The notes under the pieces: generated by a model | Told to the model about the DNA's origin: nothing | The model's input: only the letters and a program-made list of their open reading frames with translations | Database searches by the model: none | Made by a program: the position numbers and the translations under genes | Source of the DNA: Pseudonocardia sp. | GTDB lineage: Bacteria > Actinomycetota > Actinomycetes > Mycobacteriales > Pseudonocardiaceae | Direction: 5' to 3' | Length of the DNA stretch: 64,000 nucleotides | Assembly: GCA_052386505.1 (NCBI GenBank) | Contig: JBQTKB010000017.1 | Coordinates: 6,236-70,235, forward strand | In this document: positions 49,618 to 59,882 of the stretch, one piece after another | How positions within the stretch are numbered: position 1 is the stretch's first letter | Layout of the letters: each line of letters starts with the position of its first letter

Positions 49618-50277
49618 TCAGCCGGCTCGGCGGGCCAACGAGGCGACCACCCGGCCACAGGCCACCCGGACCGCATCGGCGCCCGAGGGGGTGTGCTGGC
49701 AGCCGACACTGAGCTGGAGGTCGCGGTCGAAGATCACGTACCAGTCCACCGTGGCACCGCGCAGTGGCTGGGTCTGGTGATAGGCGATCACCTCGCGGTC
49801 GGCGAACCTCGCGGACAGGGTGAACCCGGACAGCCGCGCGCCACCGGCCGCCTCGCGCAGGTACCGCTCGCGCAGCTCCCGGTAGGCCCGGTCGGGTTCG
49901 GCGGCGCTGTCGTAGCCCAGGGAGGTCTGCTCGACGGAGATCAGGTCGGAGCCGGCCGGCGCCGGGCCCGGGGTGAGCAGCGTGCGTCGCCGCTCCGGCC
50001 AGCCACCGGTGTGCCGCCACCCGGCCGGCAGCGCAAGCTCGTAGTCGTACTGCGCGAGCACCCCGGCGGGAACTGACGGCCCGGTCACCGCCCCGGCCGG
50101 CCGGTCCGGCAGCCGGGCGGCCAGCAGCCCGCTGAGCAACCCCAGCGCAGTCACCGCGAGCGTCACCCGGACCGCGGGACCCCGGCGGCGCCGGGGTGGC
50201 ACCGCCGGGAGCAGCCCGGCACCCAGCTCAACCCGCTCAGGCACCCGCGCACCCCCCGGGTTCACGCCGGCCGCCAC
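49618..50277 (-). CDS. Type VII secretion-associated protein, Rv3446c-family C-terminal domain
   Basis: TM helix, then LPAGW, LISVEQT and WYV..D..QLSVGCQ. Lies between eccC and the esx pair, as in ESX-4. Confidence 0.75.
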   Translation of the reverse strand: MAAGVNPGGARVPERVELGAGLLPAVPPRRRRGPAVRVTLAVTALGLLSGLLAARLPDRPAGAVTGPSVPAGVLAQYDYELALPAGWRHTGGWPERRRTLLTPGPAPAGSDLISVEQTSLGYDSAAEPDRAYRELRERYLREAAGGARLSGFTLSARFADREVIAYHQTQPLRGATVDWYVIFDRDLQLSVGCQHTPSGADAVRVACGRVVASLARRAG

Positions 50278-50280
50278 CCG

Positions 50281-53200
50281 TCACGTCTCCTCCTCCAGCA
50301 GCGCGACCTGCACGCGGCGCGGTGCCGAGCGCCGGCCGAGCAGCACACCGCGCCCGGGCGGCTGGGCGGAGAGCTTGACCCCGTCGAGCAGCGGACCCTC
50401 GTCCGGGCTGCCGCTCATCAGCAGACCGGGGGTGGCCAGTTCCCGCAGCCGGGAGATGACCGGCTCGAACAGCGCCCGGCTGGCGCCACCGCTGCGCCGG
50501 GCCAGTACCAGGTGCAGCCCGACGTCCTTGGCCTGCGGCAGAAACTCCAGCAGCGGCAGCAGCGGGTTGGTCGCGCCCACCGCGCCGGCCGGGGTGGCCA
50601 CCAGGTCGTAGTCGTCGACCAGCACGTACACCTCCGGGCCGGTCCACCACGAGCGGTCACGCAGCTGCCGCTGGGTGACCTCAGAACCGGGCATCCGCCG
50701 GCGCAGCGCGGCCGCCACCTCACCGATCACCGACGACGCCGTCCCGGCGTTGCTGGCGTACCCGATCAGGTGGCTGTCCGGGACGGTGCCGAGCATGGTG
50801 CGGCGGTAGTCCAGCATCATGATCCGGGCCTGGTCGGGCGCCAGCCGGGTGGTCAGACCGCGAGCGACCACCCGCAGCAGGTTCGTCTTGCCGCTCTCCC
50901 CGTCGGCGAAGCAGAGCAGGTGCGGCTCGGCGTCGAAGTCGATCCAGACCGGCTCCAGCCGCGCCTCGTCCACCCCGATCGGCACCGCGTGCTCTGCCCG
51001 CCCGCCGTCCGTGCCGCCAACCCCCCGGCCGACGACCGCCCGGCCCGGGGCGGTCCGGGCCGTCACGGCCGGGCTGGCCATCAGCTCGCGGTGGGCGAAC
51101 TGTTCGGGCAGCAGCCGGACTCTCGGCACCGCAGGCCCCGGCCAGGCAGCCGCGATCGCCCGGACGACGGCGGCCGGGCCACCGTCGGGCAGCTCCGAGA
51201 GCAGCGCAAGTGGAACGAGCATCGGCGCGGACAGCTCAGGGCGGGCGATCACGCACTGCCCGCCGTCCGGCGCCAACCCGTACCCGGGCCGCGCCGGCAC
51301 CACGGCCGCCTTGCGCCGGTCGACCTCGGAGTCGACCGGATCACCCAGCCGCAGCTCGAACCGGCTGCCGAGCAGGTCCTTCAACGCCGGCCTCAGCTCC
51401 GACCAGCGGCTCGCGGACAACAGCAGGTGCACCCCGTAGGACAGGCCCCGGCTGGCCAGCGGCAACAGCTGGGCCTCCAGCTCCTCGTAGTCCGAGCGCA
51501 GGGTCAGGTACCCGTCGACGACCAGCACCACGTCACCGTGCGGATCGCCGCCGTGCACATCACCGCCGTGCACATCACCGCTGTCCGACTCACCGGCCGC
51601 GCGCCGGCGGCGGTAGTCGGCGGCGGACTCGATCCCGGCGTCCCGGAACGCCCGCTCACGGTCGGCGAGCAACCCGGTGACCTCAGCGATCGTGCGCCGC
51701 ACCAGGTCGGGCTGGTGGCGGTCGGCGACCCCGGCCACGTGCGGCAGCTCGTCCAGCACGCCGAGCAGACCACCGCCGAAGTCCAGCGCGTAGACGGTCA
51801 GCTCGCGCGGGGTATGCGACAGCGCCAGGCTCAGCAGCAGGGTGCGCAGCAGCGTCGACTTGCCCGACTGTGGGGCGCCGACGACCACGCCGTGGCCGGC
51901 GGCCCCGGACAGGTCGGCTACCAGCGGATCCCATCGCTGGTGGTAGGGGCGGTCGATCAGCCCGACGGGCACCCGCAACCCACCCGGCTCCCGGGTACCC
52001 AGCCCGCGCGGGCCGCTGCCCAGCGGGGCGAGCAGCTGGTCCAGCGGTGGCGGCTGGTCCAGCGGCGCCAGCCACACCTCGTGCGCCGGCGGGTCGCCCA
52101 GCCGGTGCCCGGCCATCGCGGCCACCATCTCCTCGAGCACGGTGGGGGTCGCGGCGCCCGCCGAACCCCCGTCCGGCCCGGAACCGCCGGGCGCGACCAG
52201 CTCGGTGCCGGTCCGCGACTGCGCGCCCCCGGCCAGCGGTGCGCCCAACACCATGGTGCGCGCGAGGGCCACCTCGTCGTCAGAGGGGCCCACCCGGGCG
52301 GCGGTGAACACCCGGGGCCGGGACCTCAACCCGGTCGTTCCCGGTCGGCCGGCCGCCGCCGGACCTGGCCCGGCGCCGAGCACCCGGGGCGCCGAGACGT
52401 AGGCGGCCCGGAACCGGACCAGCTCGTCGGTGCCCAACGCCAGGTAACCCGAGCCGGGCATCGGCGGCAGGTGGTAGGCGTCGGGCACCCCGAGCACCGC
52501 CCGGGACTCCGCCGGGGAGAACGTGCGCAGCGCGATCCGGTAGGACAGGTGCGACTCCAATCCGCGCAACCGGCCCTCGTCGAGGCGCTGCGAGGCCAGC
52601 AGCAGGTGCATCTGCAGCGACCGGCCGAGCCGACCGATGGTCACCAGCAGGTCGATCAGCTCGGGACGCTGGGCCAGCAGCTCGGAGAACTCGTCCACCA
52701 CCACCAGCAGCGCGGGCAGCGGCTGCAGGTCCGCACCGGTCCGGCGCAGCCGCTCGTAGTCGTGCACGCTGGCCACGTTCCCGGCCGCGCGCAGCACCTC
52801 CTGCCGTCGGTTGATCTCGCCGGCCAGCGCGTCGGCCATCCGGCCGACCAGGGACAGCTCGTCGGCCAGGTTGGTGATCACCGCCGCGACGTGCGGCAGC
52901 TCGGAGAGCCCGAGGAACGTGGCGCCGCCCTTGAAGTCGATCAGCACCATGTTCAGCTCATCGGACGGGTGGGTGGCGGCCAGGCCCAGCACCAGGGTGC
53001 GCAGCAGCTCGGACTTGCCGCTGCCGGTCGCCCCGATGCACAGCCCGTGTGGACCGCAACCGCCGCGCGCGGACTCCTTGAGGTCGAGCAGCACCGGGTC
53101 GCCGGACTCCCCCAGCCCGATCGGCACCCGCATGCGGTCCGCGGCCGACCCCTGCCACCGGGTGCGGGACAGCGCGACCGCATCCGGCGCCTCGATGCCC

Positions 53201-54483
53201 AGCAGCTCGGGCAGGTCCACCGTGGTGCGCAGCGGCTTGCCTGCGTCCGGTTCGCCGCCACCGGGCGCCCGGTAGCGGGCCAGCCGCCGGGCCAGTGTGG
53301 TCGCCTCGGCCAGGCACAGCCGGTCGGGCCGGCCGATCCAGCTGGGCGGCTCGGTTCCGCCCGGGTCGGCCTGCACGCCGATCCGTTCCGCCTCGACGAG
53401 CATCCGCAGCTCGCCCCGCTCGTGCGGTACACCGTTGGTGGAGGTACCCGGCCCGGGCGGATCGCCGATGCGCAGCACGGTGACCTCGGGCCGGTCCAGC
53501 CACTGGGCGCCACTGCGCCGCACATCCAACCCGTCGACCACGACCAGCATCCGTGGCGGGGTGGCCGGCGGCGCGGCCGCGGCGGCCGACGCGGCGAGCC
53601 AGTCGGTGACCTCACCGGCCCGCGAGGTGACCATCCGCAGCGGGCCGATCTCGTCGGTCAAGGAGGGATGCGCCGCGTGCGGCAGCCACTTCACCCAGTC
53701 CCACGCCGGCCAGGACCGCTCGCCCGCGATCACCACCAGCCGAGCCTCGGCGGGGCTGTGCCAGGTTGCGTACTGCGCGATCATCGCCCGGGCGGCTGCA
53801 CGGGTGGACGAGCCGTCCCGGTCACCGCCGGTGGGCTGCAGGCACACCCGGCGCACGTCCCCGCTCAGCGCCACCGCCACCGGCAGGTCGGGCACCACCG
53901 AGTGCGCCCGGATCAGCCGGCGCAGCGACCACGCGCAGACCGGCTCCAACTCGTCGAGCGGGCCGGTCTGCGGCGCGACCAGCCGGGTGGCCAGCCGCTG
54001 GCGGCCCCGGCCGATCCGGACCTGGCCGAAGTCGGGGTCGCTGTCGCGGCGCTCCCACAGCCGCTCGCCGTCGATCAGCCCCAGCAGCGCCGACGGGTCC
54101 GGATGGGTCCACTCCAGCGACGCCCGCTGCGCCGCCGCTACCCCCCGGATCCGCCGGCGCACCTGTGCCAGGTAGCGCAGGTAGTCCCGCCGGTTCTCGT
54201 CGGTCTCCGCGCGGTCCGCGCCGCCCCGGCCCATCCCGCTGGCCATCATCCCGACGGTCGACAGCGCGAACATCCCGCCGAACAGCCACGAAGTCGGGTT
54301 GTTCACCCCCATCACCATGACGAACCCGATCGAGCCGAGCAGCATCGCGGCGGGCAACAGCTTCTGGCCCAGGCCGGCCGGAATGGGCTTGGCCGGCTCC
54401 GGGGGCGGCTCCAACGCCAGCTCGCCGCCGGGCAGCCGCGGCGGTGCCGTTCGTGGCGCGCGCCGCCGTGCGCGGGTAGTCAT
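50281..54483 (-). CDS. eccC: EccC FtsK/SpoIIIE ATPase (single-chain EccCa+EccCb, about 1400 aa)
   Basis: Two N-terminal TMs, LWERR, and three ATPase domains (GATGSGKSE, GAPQSGKST, DGESGKTN). ATG 54483. Confidence 0.95.
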   Translation of the reverse strand: MTTRARRRAPRTAPPRLPGGELALEPPPEPAKPIPAGLGQKLLPAAMLLGSIGFVMVMGVNNPTSWLFGGMFALSTVGMMASGMGRGGADRAETDENRRDYLRYLAQVRRRIRGVAAAQRASLEWTHPDPSALLGLIDGERLWERRDSDPDFGQVRIGRGRQRLATRLVAPQTGPLDELEPVCAWSLRRLIRAHSVVPDLPVAVALSGDVRRVCLQPTGGDRDGSSTRAAARAMIAQYATWHSPAEARLVVIAGERSWPAWDWVKWLPHAAHPSLTDEIGPLRMVTSRAGEVTDWLAASAAAAAPPATPPRMLVVVDGLDVRRSGAQWLDRPEVTVLRIGDPPGPGTSTNGVPHERGELRMLVEAERIGVQADPGGTEPPSWIGRPDRLCLAEATTLARRLARYRAPGGGEPDAGKPLRTTVDLPELLGIEAPDAVALSRTRWQGSAADRMRVPIGLGESGDPVLLDLKESARGGCGPHGLCIGATGSGKSELLRTLVLGLAATHPSDELNMVLIDFKGGATFLGLSELPHVAAVITNLADELSLVGRMADALAGEINRRQEVLRAAGNVASVHDYERLRRTGADLQPLPALLVVVDEFSELLAQRPELIDLLVTIGRLGRSLQMHLLLASQRLDEGRLRGLESHLSYRIALRTFSPAESRAVLGVPDAYHLPPMPGSGYLALGTDELVRFRAAYVSAPRVLGAGPGPAAAGRPGTTGLRSRPRVFTAARVGPSDDEVALARTMVLGAPLAGGAQSRTGTELVAPGGSGPDGGSAGAATPTVLEEMVAAMAGHRLGDPPAHEVWLAPLDQPPPLDQLLAPLGSGPRGLGTREPGGLRVPVGLIDRPYHQRWDPLVADLSGAAGHGVVVGAPQSGKSTLLRTLLLSLALSHTPRELTVYALDFGGGLLGVLDELPHVAGVADRHQPDLVRRTIAEVTGLLADRERAFRDAGIESAADYRRRRAAGESDSGDVHGGDVHGGDPHGDVVLVVDGYLTLRSDYEELEAQLLPLASRGLSYGVHLLLSASRWSELRPALKDLLGSRFELRLGDPVDSEVDRRKAAVVPARPGYGLAPDGGQCVIARPELSAPMLVPLALLSELPDGGPAAVVRAIAAAWPGPAVPRVRLLPEQFAHRELMASPAVTARTAPGRAVVGRGVGGTDGGRAEHAVPIGVDEARLEPVWIDFDAEPHLLCFADGESGKTNLLRVVARGLTTRLAPDQARIMMLDYRRTMLGTVPDSHLIGYASNAGTASSVIGEVAAALRRRMPGSEVTQRQLRDRSWWTGPEVYVLVDDYDLVATPAGAVGATNPLLPLLEFLPQAKDVGLHLVLARRSGGASRALFEPVISRLRELATPGLLMSGSPDEGPLLDGVKLSAQPPGRGVLLGRRSAPRRVQVALLEEET

Positions 54484-54615
54484 CGCGGACCGTCCTCCCG
54501 GTTTGACCGAAACGCCCTCACGGCCGAAGGGGCACCGCGATACTAGGAACCGGTGATCGTCCGCCGGGGCGGATTGGGAAATCCCGATCGCTCGGCACAC
54601 TGTCAGGGAGGCAGC

Positions 54616-56109
54616 ATGAGCAGGCTGGAGGCCGCCCGCTTCTGCCGGGTCACCGTGCTCGCGCCGCGCAACCGGATCGACCTCGCCCTGCCCACCGACC
54701 TCACCGTGGCCGAGCTGGTGCCGATGCTGTGTGAGCTGGCCGGGGAGTCCCGCCCGCGCGGCCGCGCCGGTCGGCCGGCGCCGGGTTCCGGCGGGCCGGG
54801 CCACGGGGGGATCGCGCCCCCGAGCATCTGGTGCCTGGCCGCGGTGGCCGGCGCGGAGCTGCCGGCCGGCTCGACGCTGGCCGGTCTCGGGGTGCTCGAC
54901 GGCGACCTGCTGCGGCTGCGGCCCCGGGCCGAGGCACCGCCGCCGCCGGTGTTCGACGACCCGGTGGACGCGGTCGCCGAGGTGGTACCGGCGGCGGACG
55001 GCAGCCCCGGCCCGTGGGGCCACCAATCGGCGACAGCCCGACCTGAACCGCTCGCCCTGCGGCCCTGGACCCGGCGCTGTCGACGCGGCGCGGGCCTGGC
55101 GATCGGCGGTGTGGCGCTGGCCTCGGCCGCGGTGCTGCTGGCCGCGACCCGGGAGCTGGGCCCGCTCGCCGCCCCGGTGGCGGCGGTGATCGGCGGGCTG
55201 GCCGCCGTGGCCGCGCTGGTCGGGACGTCGCACACCGTCCGGCTGGACCCGGCGGCCGCGGCGCTGCTGGCCGGCGGATCCCTGCCGCTGGCCGCCGCCA
55301 GCGGGTTCGCCGCGCTGCCCGGGGCACCCGGGGCCGGGCACCTGCTGCTGGCCGCCGCGCTGGCCGCCGCCGCGGGGGCGGCGTCGCTGACCGTGTTGGG
55401 CGCGCCGGCGCCGCCGCTGGTCGCGGTCACCCTCACCGCGACCGCCTGCGCGGCGGCGGCGCTGCTGGCCACCCTCGGCGTCGGCTCGGTCGGGGCGCTG
55501 GCCGCCGGCGCGGCGGCGATCGCGCTCGGTGCACTGCCCGTGCTACCCAAGATCAGCGTCCGCCTCGCGGGACTGCCGCCGCCGGTGGTGCCCACGACCG
55601 CCGAGGAGATGGCCACCGCCGACGCCCAGTGGCAGCTCGACTCCGCCGACGACATCCGCCACCATGCCCGGCTGGCGCACGCCTACCTGGGTGGCCTGGT
55701 CTCCGGCGCGTCGGCGGTGGCCGCCGCCGGTGCCGCGCTCGCGGCCGCCACCGGCGGCCTCGCCGGCGCCGTCTTCGCCTCGGTGGTGGTGGCCGTGCTG
55801 CTGCTGCGTTCCCGGGCCTACGCCACCGCTCTGGCCTCCGGCGCCCCGCTGGTGGCCGGGGTGGCCGCCGGCCTCGCCCTGGCCGCCGGGCTCGGCGCGC
55901 TGGGGCCGGTGGCGCTGCGGCTGGGTGCCGGGCTCGGGCTGCTGGTCGCCGGGGCGGTGTCGCTCGCCCTGGTGTGGGACGGCGCGACGCGCGCACCCTC
56001 GCCGGTGGCCCGCCGCACGGTGGACATCCTGGAGGCGGTGCTGGTGGTGGCCGCGTTCCCGCTCGCGCTGTGGGTGATGGACATGTTCCACGTGGTCCGC
56101 GGCCTGTGA
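54616..56109 (+). CDS. eccD: EccD type VII secretion membrane component
   Basis: N-terminal ubiquitin-like domain (RVTVLAP..DLALP...GVLDGDLLRL), PVFDD and about 11 TMs. Confidence 0.92.
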   Translation: MSRLEAARFCRVTVLAPRNRIDLALPTDLTVAELVPMLCELAGESRPRGRAGRPAPGSGGPGHGGIAPPSIWCLAAVAGAELPAGSTLAGLGVLDGDLLRLRPRAEAPPPPVFDDPVDAVAEVVPAADGSPGPWGHQSATARPEPLALRPWTRRCRRGAGLAIGGVALASAAVLLAATRELGPLAAPVAAVIGGLAAVAALVGTSHTVRLDPAAAALLAGGSLPLAAASGFAALPGAPGAGHLLLAAALAAAAGAASLTVLGAPAPPLVAVTLTATACAAAALLATLGVGSVGALAAGAAAIALGALPVLPKISVRLAGLPPPVVPTTAEEMATADAQWQLDSADDIRHHARLAHAYLGGLVSGASAVAAAGAALAAATGGLAGAVFASVVVAVLLLRSRAYATALASGAPLVAGVAAGLALAAGLGALGPVALRLGAGLGLLVAGAVSLALVWDGATRAPSPVARRTVDILEAVLVVAAFPLALWVMDMFHVVRGL

Positions 56110-57698
56110 ACCGGCGGTCCCGCCGCGCCGGTCTGCCGGCCGCGGTGCTCGCGGCGGGTGCGCTGGCCGCCGTCCCGGCGTCGGCCACCGCCCCGGCCCC
56201 GGTCGTGGTCGCCGGCACCCAGGTCGCCGCCGCCGGCGATGGGGGCGCCGCGCCCGTGAGGATCGACGCGGCCGGGGCGCGGGGCGACGGCGGGAGCCTC
56301 CCGGCGGCCGGGGCGCGGGGCGACGGCGGGAGCCTCCCGGCGGCCGGGGCGCGGGGCGACGGCGGGAGCCTCGCGGCGGCCGAGCCCGGGTCCGGCTTTC
56401 CGGAGCCGCCACCGGTGGACCTGCGCCGGCTGCCGGCCGACAGCCGGCCCACCGCGTTGACCGGCCTGCGCCAGACCAGAGTCTGCGCCGACCCGCCTGC
56501 CCCGGAGGCTGAGGCGCTGCCCGGCCTGCTGTGGGCCCAGCGGTCGATGCGGCTGCCCGAGCTGTGGCAGTGGGGCCGCGGCGCCCACGTGCGGATCGCG
56601 GTGATCGACAGCGGAGTGGCCCGGCACCCCCTGCTCGCCGACCGGCTGATCCCCGGCGGCGACTACGTGGCCGGCGGCACCGGGCTGGCCGACTGCGAGG
56701 GCCACGGCACCGCCGTCGCCGGGATCGCGGCCGCGGCGGCCGATCCCGATACCGGGTTCGCCGGACTGGCCCCCGCGGCCGAGCTGATCGCCATCCGGCA
56801 GAGCAGCGCCACCTACGTGACCACCCGGACCGACGGCACCGAGGTCCCGGCCGGCGACACCAACACCCTGGCCAAGGCGATCGTCCGAGCGGTCGGCCTG
56901 GGCGCCGACGTGATCAACATATCCGAGGTCGCGTGCGTTCCGGCGCAGCGGGCCGGGGTCACCGGGGCCGCGGTTCAGGCTGCCGTCCGCTACGCCGCAG
57001 AGCGTGACGTGGTGATCGTGGTGGCCGCCGGCAACCGGGGCGCCGGCGGCGCCGCCGGGGGCAGCCAGTGCCCGGTCGACTCCGGCACCGACACGGTGGT
57101 GCTGCCCGCGTGGTACGACGAGGACGTGCTGGCCGTGGCCTCCATGGCCCCGGACGGGACCGCGTCGCAGTTCGGCATCCGCGCGCCCTGGATCGACGTG
57201 GCCGCGCCCGGCGAGCGGGTGGTCTCGCTGGCGCCGGAGGGCGCCGGGCTGACCGACAAGTCCTCGGGCCCGACCCAACAGGGTGCCCTGCAGGGCACCA
57301 GCTTCGCCGCGCCGGTGGTGGCCGGGCTGGCCGCGTTGATCCGGGCCCGCTACCCGGAGCTGACCGCCCGCCAGGTGATGGACCGGATCAGCGCCACCGC
57401 TGACCGCCGCGAGGCCGGGCGCAGCGTGGCCACCGGGTGGGGCGTGGTCAACGCGCAGGAGGCGCTGAGCCGCACCCCCGCCGCCCTCCCCGCCCCGAGC
57501 GTGCGGGACGGCTTCCGGCCGGCCGGCGCCGGGCTGCTCCCGGCCCCGCCCCGCAACCCGGATCCGGGGGCCGCCTCCGGTGCGGTGTGGGGCGGCTCGC
57601 TGGCCCTGGTGGCCGCCGTCGCCGCCGCCGCGGTGGCGGTGCTGCGCTCGCGCGGCCGCCACCGTGCCGAGGCGGGAACCTTCCCCCACCACCGCTGA
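56106..57698 (+). CDS. mycP: Mycosin subtilisin-like protease
   Basis: IAVIDSG, DCEGHGTAVAG and GTSFAAP catalytic triad, plus a C-terminal TM. GTGA overlap with eccD. Confidence 0.95.
   Translation: MNRRSRRAGLPAAVLAAGALAAVPASATAPAPVVVAGTQVAAAGDGGAAPVRIDAAGARGDGGSLPAAGARGDGGSLPAAGARGDGGSLAAAEPGSGFPEPPPVDLRRLPADSRPTALTGLRQTRVCADPPAPEAEALPGLLWAQRSMRLPELWQWGRGAHVRIAVIDSGVARHPLLADRLIPGGDYVAGGTGLADCEGHGTAVAGIAAAAADPDTGFAGLAPAAELIAIRQSSATYVTTRTDGTEVPAGDTNTLAKAIVRAVGLGADVINISEVACVPAQRAGVTGAAVQAAVRYAAERDVVIVVAAGNRGAGGAAGGSQCPVDSGTDTVVLPAWYDEDVLAVASMAPDGTASQFGIRAPWIDVAAPGERVVSLAPEGAGLTDKSSGPTQQGALQGTSFAAPVVAGLAALIRARYPELTARQVMDRISATADRREAGRSVATGWGVVNAQEALSRTPAALPAPSVRDGFRPAGAGLLPAPPRNPDPGAASGAVWGGSLALVAAVAAAAVAVLRSRGRHRAEAGTFPHHR
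56268..56375. repeat. 36-bp tandem repeat x3 (AAGARGDGGSLP) in the MycP N-terminal region
   Basis: Read directly. Confidence 0.9.
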
Positions 57699-57711
57699 GC
57701 TGGCCGTCGGA

Positions 57712-57767
57712 GATCCATCCGGGCCGATCCGTCCGGGCCGATCCGTCCGGTCCGATCCATCCGGGCC
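57712..57767. repeat. 14-bp tandem repeat x4 (GATCC[A/G]TCCGG[G/T]CC) between convergent mycP and eccB
   Basis: Read directly. Confidence 0.88.
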
Positions 57768-57802
57768 GGTGGGAAACTGGGCTACGCGACCGGCGGGGCC
57801 GC

Positions 57803-59263
57803 TCAGCCGGTCTCGCCGGATCCGACGAGACCGTCGACGGTGTGCAGGGCGGCCTGCAGGTCCAGCACGGGGCCGGCGGGCAGCAGCCGAAGGACCTGCT
57901 CGGGCGCGGGTGCGGCCGACTCCGGCTGGATACCCAGCGCGGTCGCGGTCTCGTTGCCGCCGTTCTGGCCGGCCGCCACCAGGTACCCGACGCCGGTGTC
58001 CGAGATAAGCCACAGCCCGCCGCCGTCGCGGCCGGAAACTCCACGCACCACGGTCGCCGCACCCGGCGGCACCGACACCGCGTCCACGTTCGGGCGGGGA
58101 CCGTCCGCTCTGGCCAGCTCGGTGCGGGTGCGGCCGGGCGGCAGACCGGGTTCACGGCCGACGGACAGCACGCCGCCCTTGCCGTTGACCCCCCATTGCC
58201 AGCACACCGCGCGTCCGTCCGGTCCGGCCAACGGCCGGGGCATCACGCCGGGGTACCCGTCGAGACCGGCCAGCCGCGCCCGGTTGACCGCGTTGACCTG
58301 CTCGGCCCGCACCGAGGGCGGCTCCTCGGACCGGTCGATGCCGGGCGCGGTCCGCAGCAGGTTGGCCACCGGACGCGAGATCGCCTGCACGCCGCCGGCG
58401 AGCACCAGGTAGTGCTGGTCGCCGGCCGTGTCGGCGACCCGGACGACCTCACCCACCCGCGCGGCCAACCCGTCGGGCCCAGTGGAGCCGGCGCCCGGTA
58501 CCGCGGGCACCCGCAGCGCGCGGCCCTCCGGAACGGCACTGAGCAGGGCGTCGCTGGCGGTGCGCTGCGGGGCGTCCACCAGGTCGTAGGCCCGCAACAG
58601 CTCGGTCTCGTCCTCGAGCCGGTAGCGGCGGTTGCCGGTCACCAGGTACAGGTCGCGTTCCGCCGATCGCAGCAGCACGGCCGCGGGGTCGGGCAGCGGG
58701 GTGGGCGCGGCGGCACCGGCCACCACGATCGTCTCGGTACGCGGTTCGACGGTGTCGCAGACCGCCCAGGCACCGGGGTTCGGTAGCGGCTTGCCGGCGG
58801 CGGGCAACGTGGCGGCCGCGCCGGGTACGGCGGCGGCGGCGGTGCGGGGCGCGGTATGCAGTGCGGTGTCGTCGACGAACACCGGCTCCGCCTGCCCGTC
58901 GGTGCCGGCGCGGCCGCCGGCCACCCGGCCAACAGCGGCGAGCACCAGGCGGGCGGCCGCCAAGTTCTGCACCGGCACCAACCGGGCCTCCGGTACCCGG
59001 ATCACCGCGTACATCTGTCCGGACTGCTTGGCGGCCACGATCTGGTGCTGGTCCCAGGCCTGCTTGCCGGTGAGCTTGGCGTAGGCGAAGGTGCCGGCCA
59101 GAGCCAGCATGGCCAGCATCAGCCCGGTGATCACCACCCGGCGCTGACCGCGGACCTCCTCGTGCAACAGCGCGGGATCCCGGCGGGCCAGCGCCGACTC
59201 GACCCGGCGCTGACCGAACCGGTAGGCGTCCAGCTGCATGCGGGTGACGGGGTCCCTGGCCAT
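57803..59263 (-). CDS. eccB: EccB type VII secretion component
   Basis: TRMQLDAYRFGQRRVESAL, one TM, PVQNLAAARL, WAVCD and LWLISDTG. ATG 59263. Confidence 0.93.
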   Translation of the reverse strand: MARDPVTRMQLDAYRFGQRRVESALARRDPALLHEEVRGQRRVVITGLMLAMLALAGTFAYAKLTGKQAWDQHQIVAAKQSGQMYAVIRVPEARLVPVQNLAAARLVLAAVGRVAGGRAGTDGQAEPVFVDDTALHTAPRTAAAAVPGAAATLPAAGKPLPNPGAWAVCDTVEPRTETIVVAGAAAPTPLPDPAAVLLRSAERDLYLVTGNRRYRLEDETELLRAYDLVDAPQRTASDALLSAVPEGRALRVPAVPGAGSTGPDGLAARVGEVVRVADTAGDQHYLVLAGGVQAISRPVANLLRTAPGIDRSEEPPSVRAEQVNAVNRARLAGLDGYPGVMPRPLAGPDGRAVCWQWGVNGKGGVLSVGREPGLPPGRTRTELARADGPRPNVDAVSVPPGAATVVRGVSGRDGGGLWLISDTGVGYLVAAGQNGGNETATALGIQPESAAPAPEQVLRLLPAGPVLDLQAALHTVDGLVGSGETG

Positions 59264-59405
59264 GGCGCTCGTCCACTTCTTCCACGACTGGCGAGCCGGC
59301 GACCACCGGCGCGACCACGGTAGCCCGGTGATCGGCACCGGTGGGGCGGATCCGTCGATGTCACCTAAGCCCGCCCGGCGGTGCGCCCAGCCGCGGCGGC
59401 AGGTC

Positions 59406-59882
59406 TCAGCCGGGCTGCCCGATGTCCTCGTACCACAGCTCGGGTCGCGCGTGGATGAACCCGGACATCAGCTCCACGCACCGCCGATCGTCGAGCACGG
59501 TCACCCGGACGCCGTGCTCGGCCAGCCAGTCGTGGCCGCCGGTGAAGGTGGTGGATTCACCGACCAGCACCGCGCCGATGCCGAACTGGCGGACCAGCCC
59601 GCTGCAGTACCAGCACGGCGACAGCGTGGTGACCATGATCGTGTCGCGGTAGTCCCGCTGGCGGCCGGCCGCCCGGAACGCGGCGGTCTCGGCGTGCATC
59701 GACGGGTCGTCGTCCTGTACCCGCCGGTTGCGGCCCCGGCCGAGCAGCGACCCGTCGGCGGCGAACAGGGCGGCACCGATCGGGATCCCGCCCTCGGCCA
59801 GGCCGGCCCGTGCCTCGGCCAACGCCACCTCGAGCAGCGACCCGGACGGCTCGGACGGCTCGGACGGCTCGGACGGCATCAT
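59406..59882 (-). CDS. Nucleoside/cytosine deaminase (zinc-dependent, CDA fold)
   Basis: HAE and PCWYC motifs. The N-terminal (PSE)n comes from a 9-bp repeat at 59843-59877. Confidence 0.9.
   Translation of the reverse strand: MMPSEPSEPSEPSGSLLEVALAEARAGLAEGGIPIGAALFAADGSLLGRGRNRRVQDDDPSMHAETAAFRAAGRQRDYRDTIMVTTLSPCWYCSGLVRQFGIGAVLVGESTTFTGGHDWLAEHGVRVTVLDDRRCVELMSGFIHARPELWYEDIGQPG

Noticed and set aside
54500-54560. ACCGAAACG...GATACTAGG in the eccC-eccD intergenic region as a fourth 65-bp element
   Set aside because: Only short word matches, with wrong spacing and no hairpin.
50281-55341. 1686-aa EccC with a long N-terminal extension, and similar upstream extensions on typA, alr, phoD, mycP, oppF and rpoA in the ORF track
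   Set aside because: The extensions overlap neighbouring genes or promoters and lack conservation. Downstream starts with an RBS or stop-start overlap fit better.
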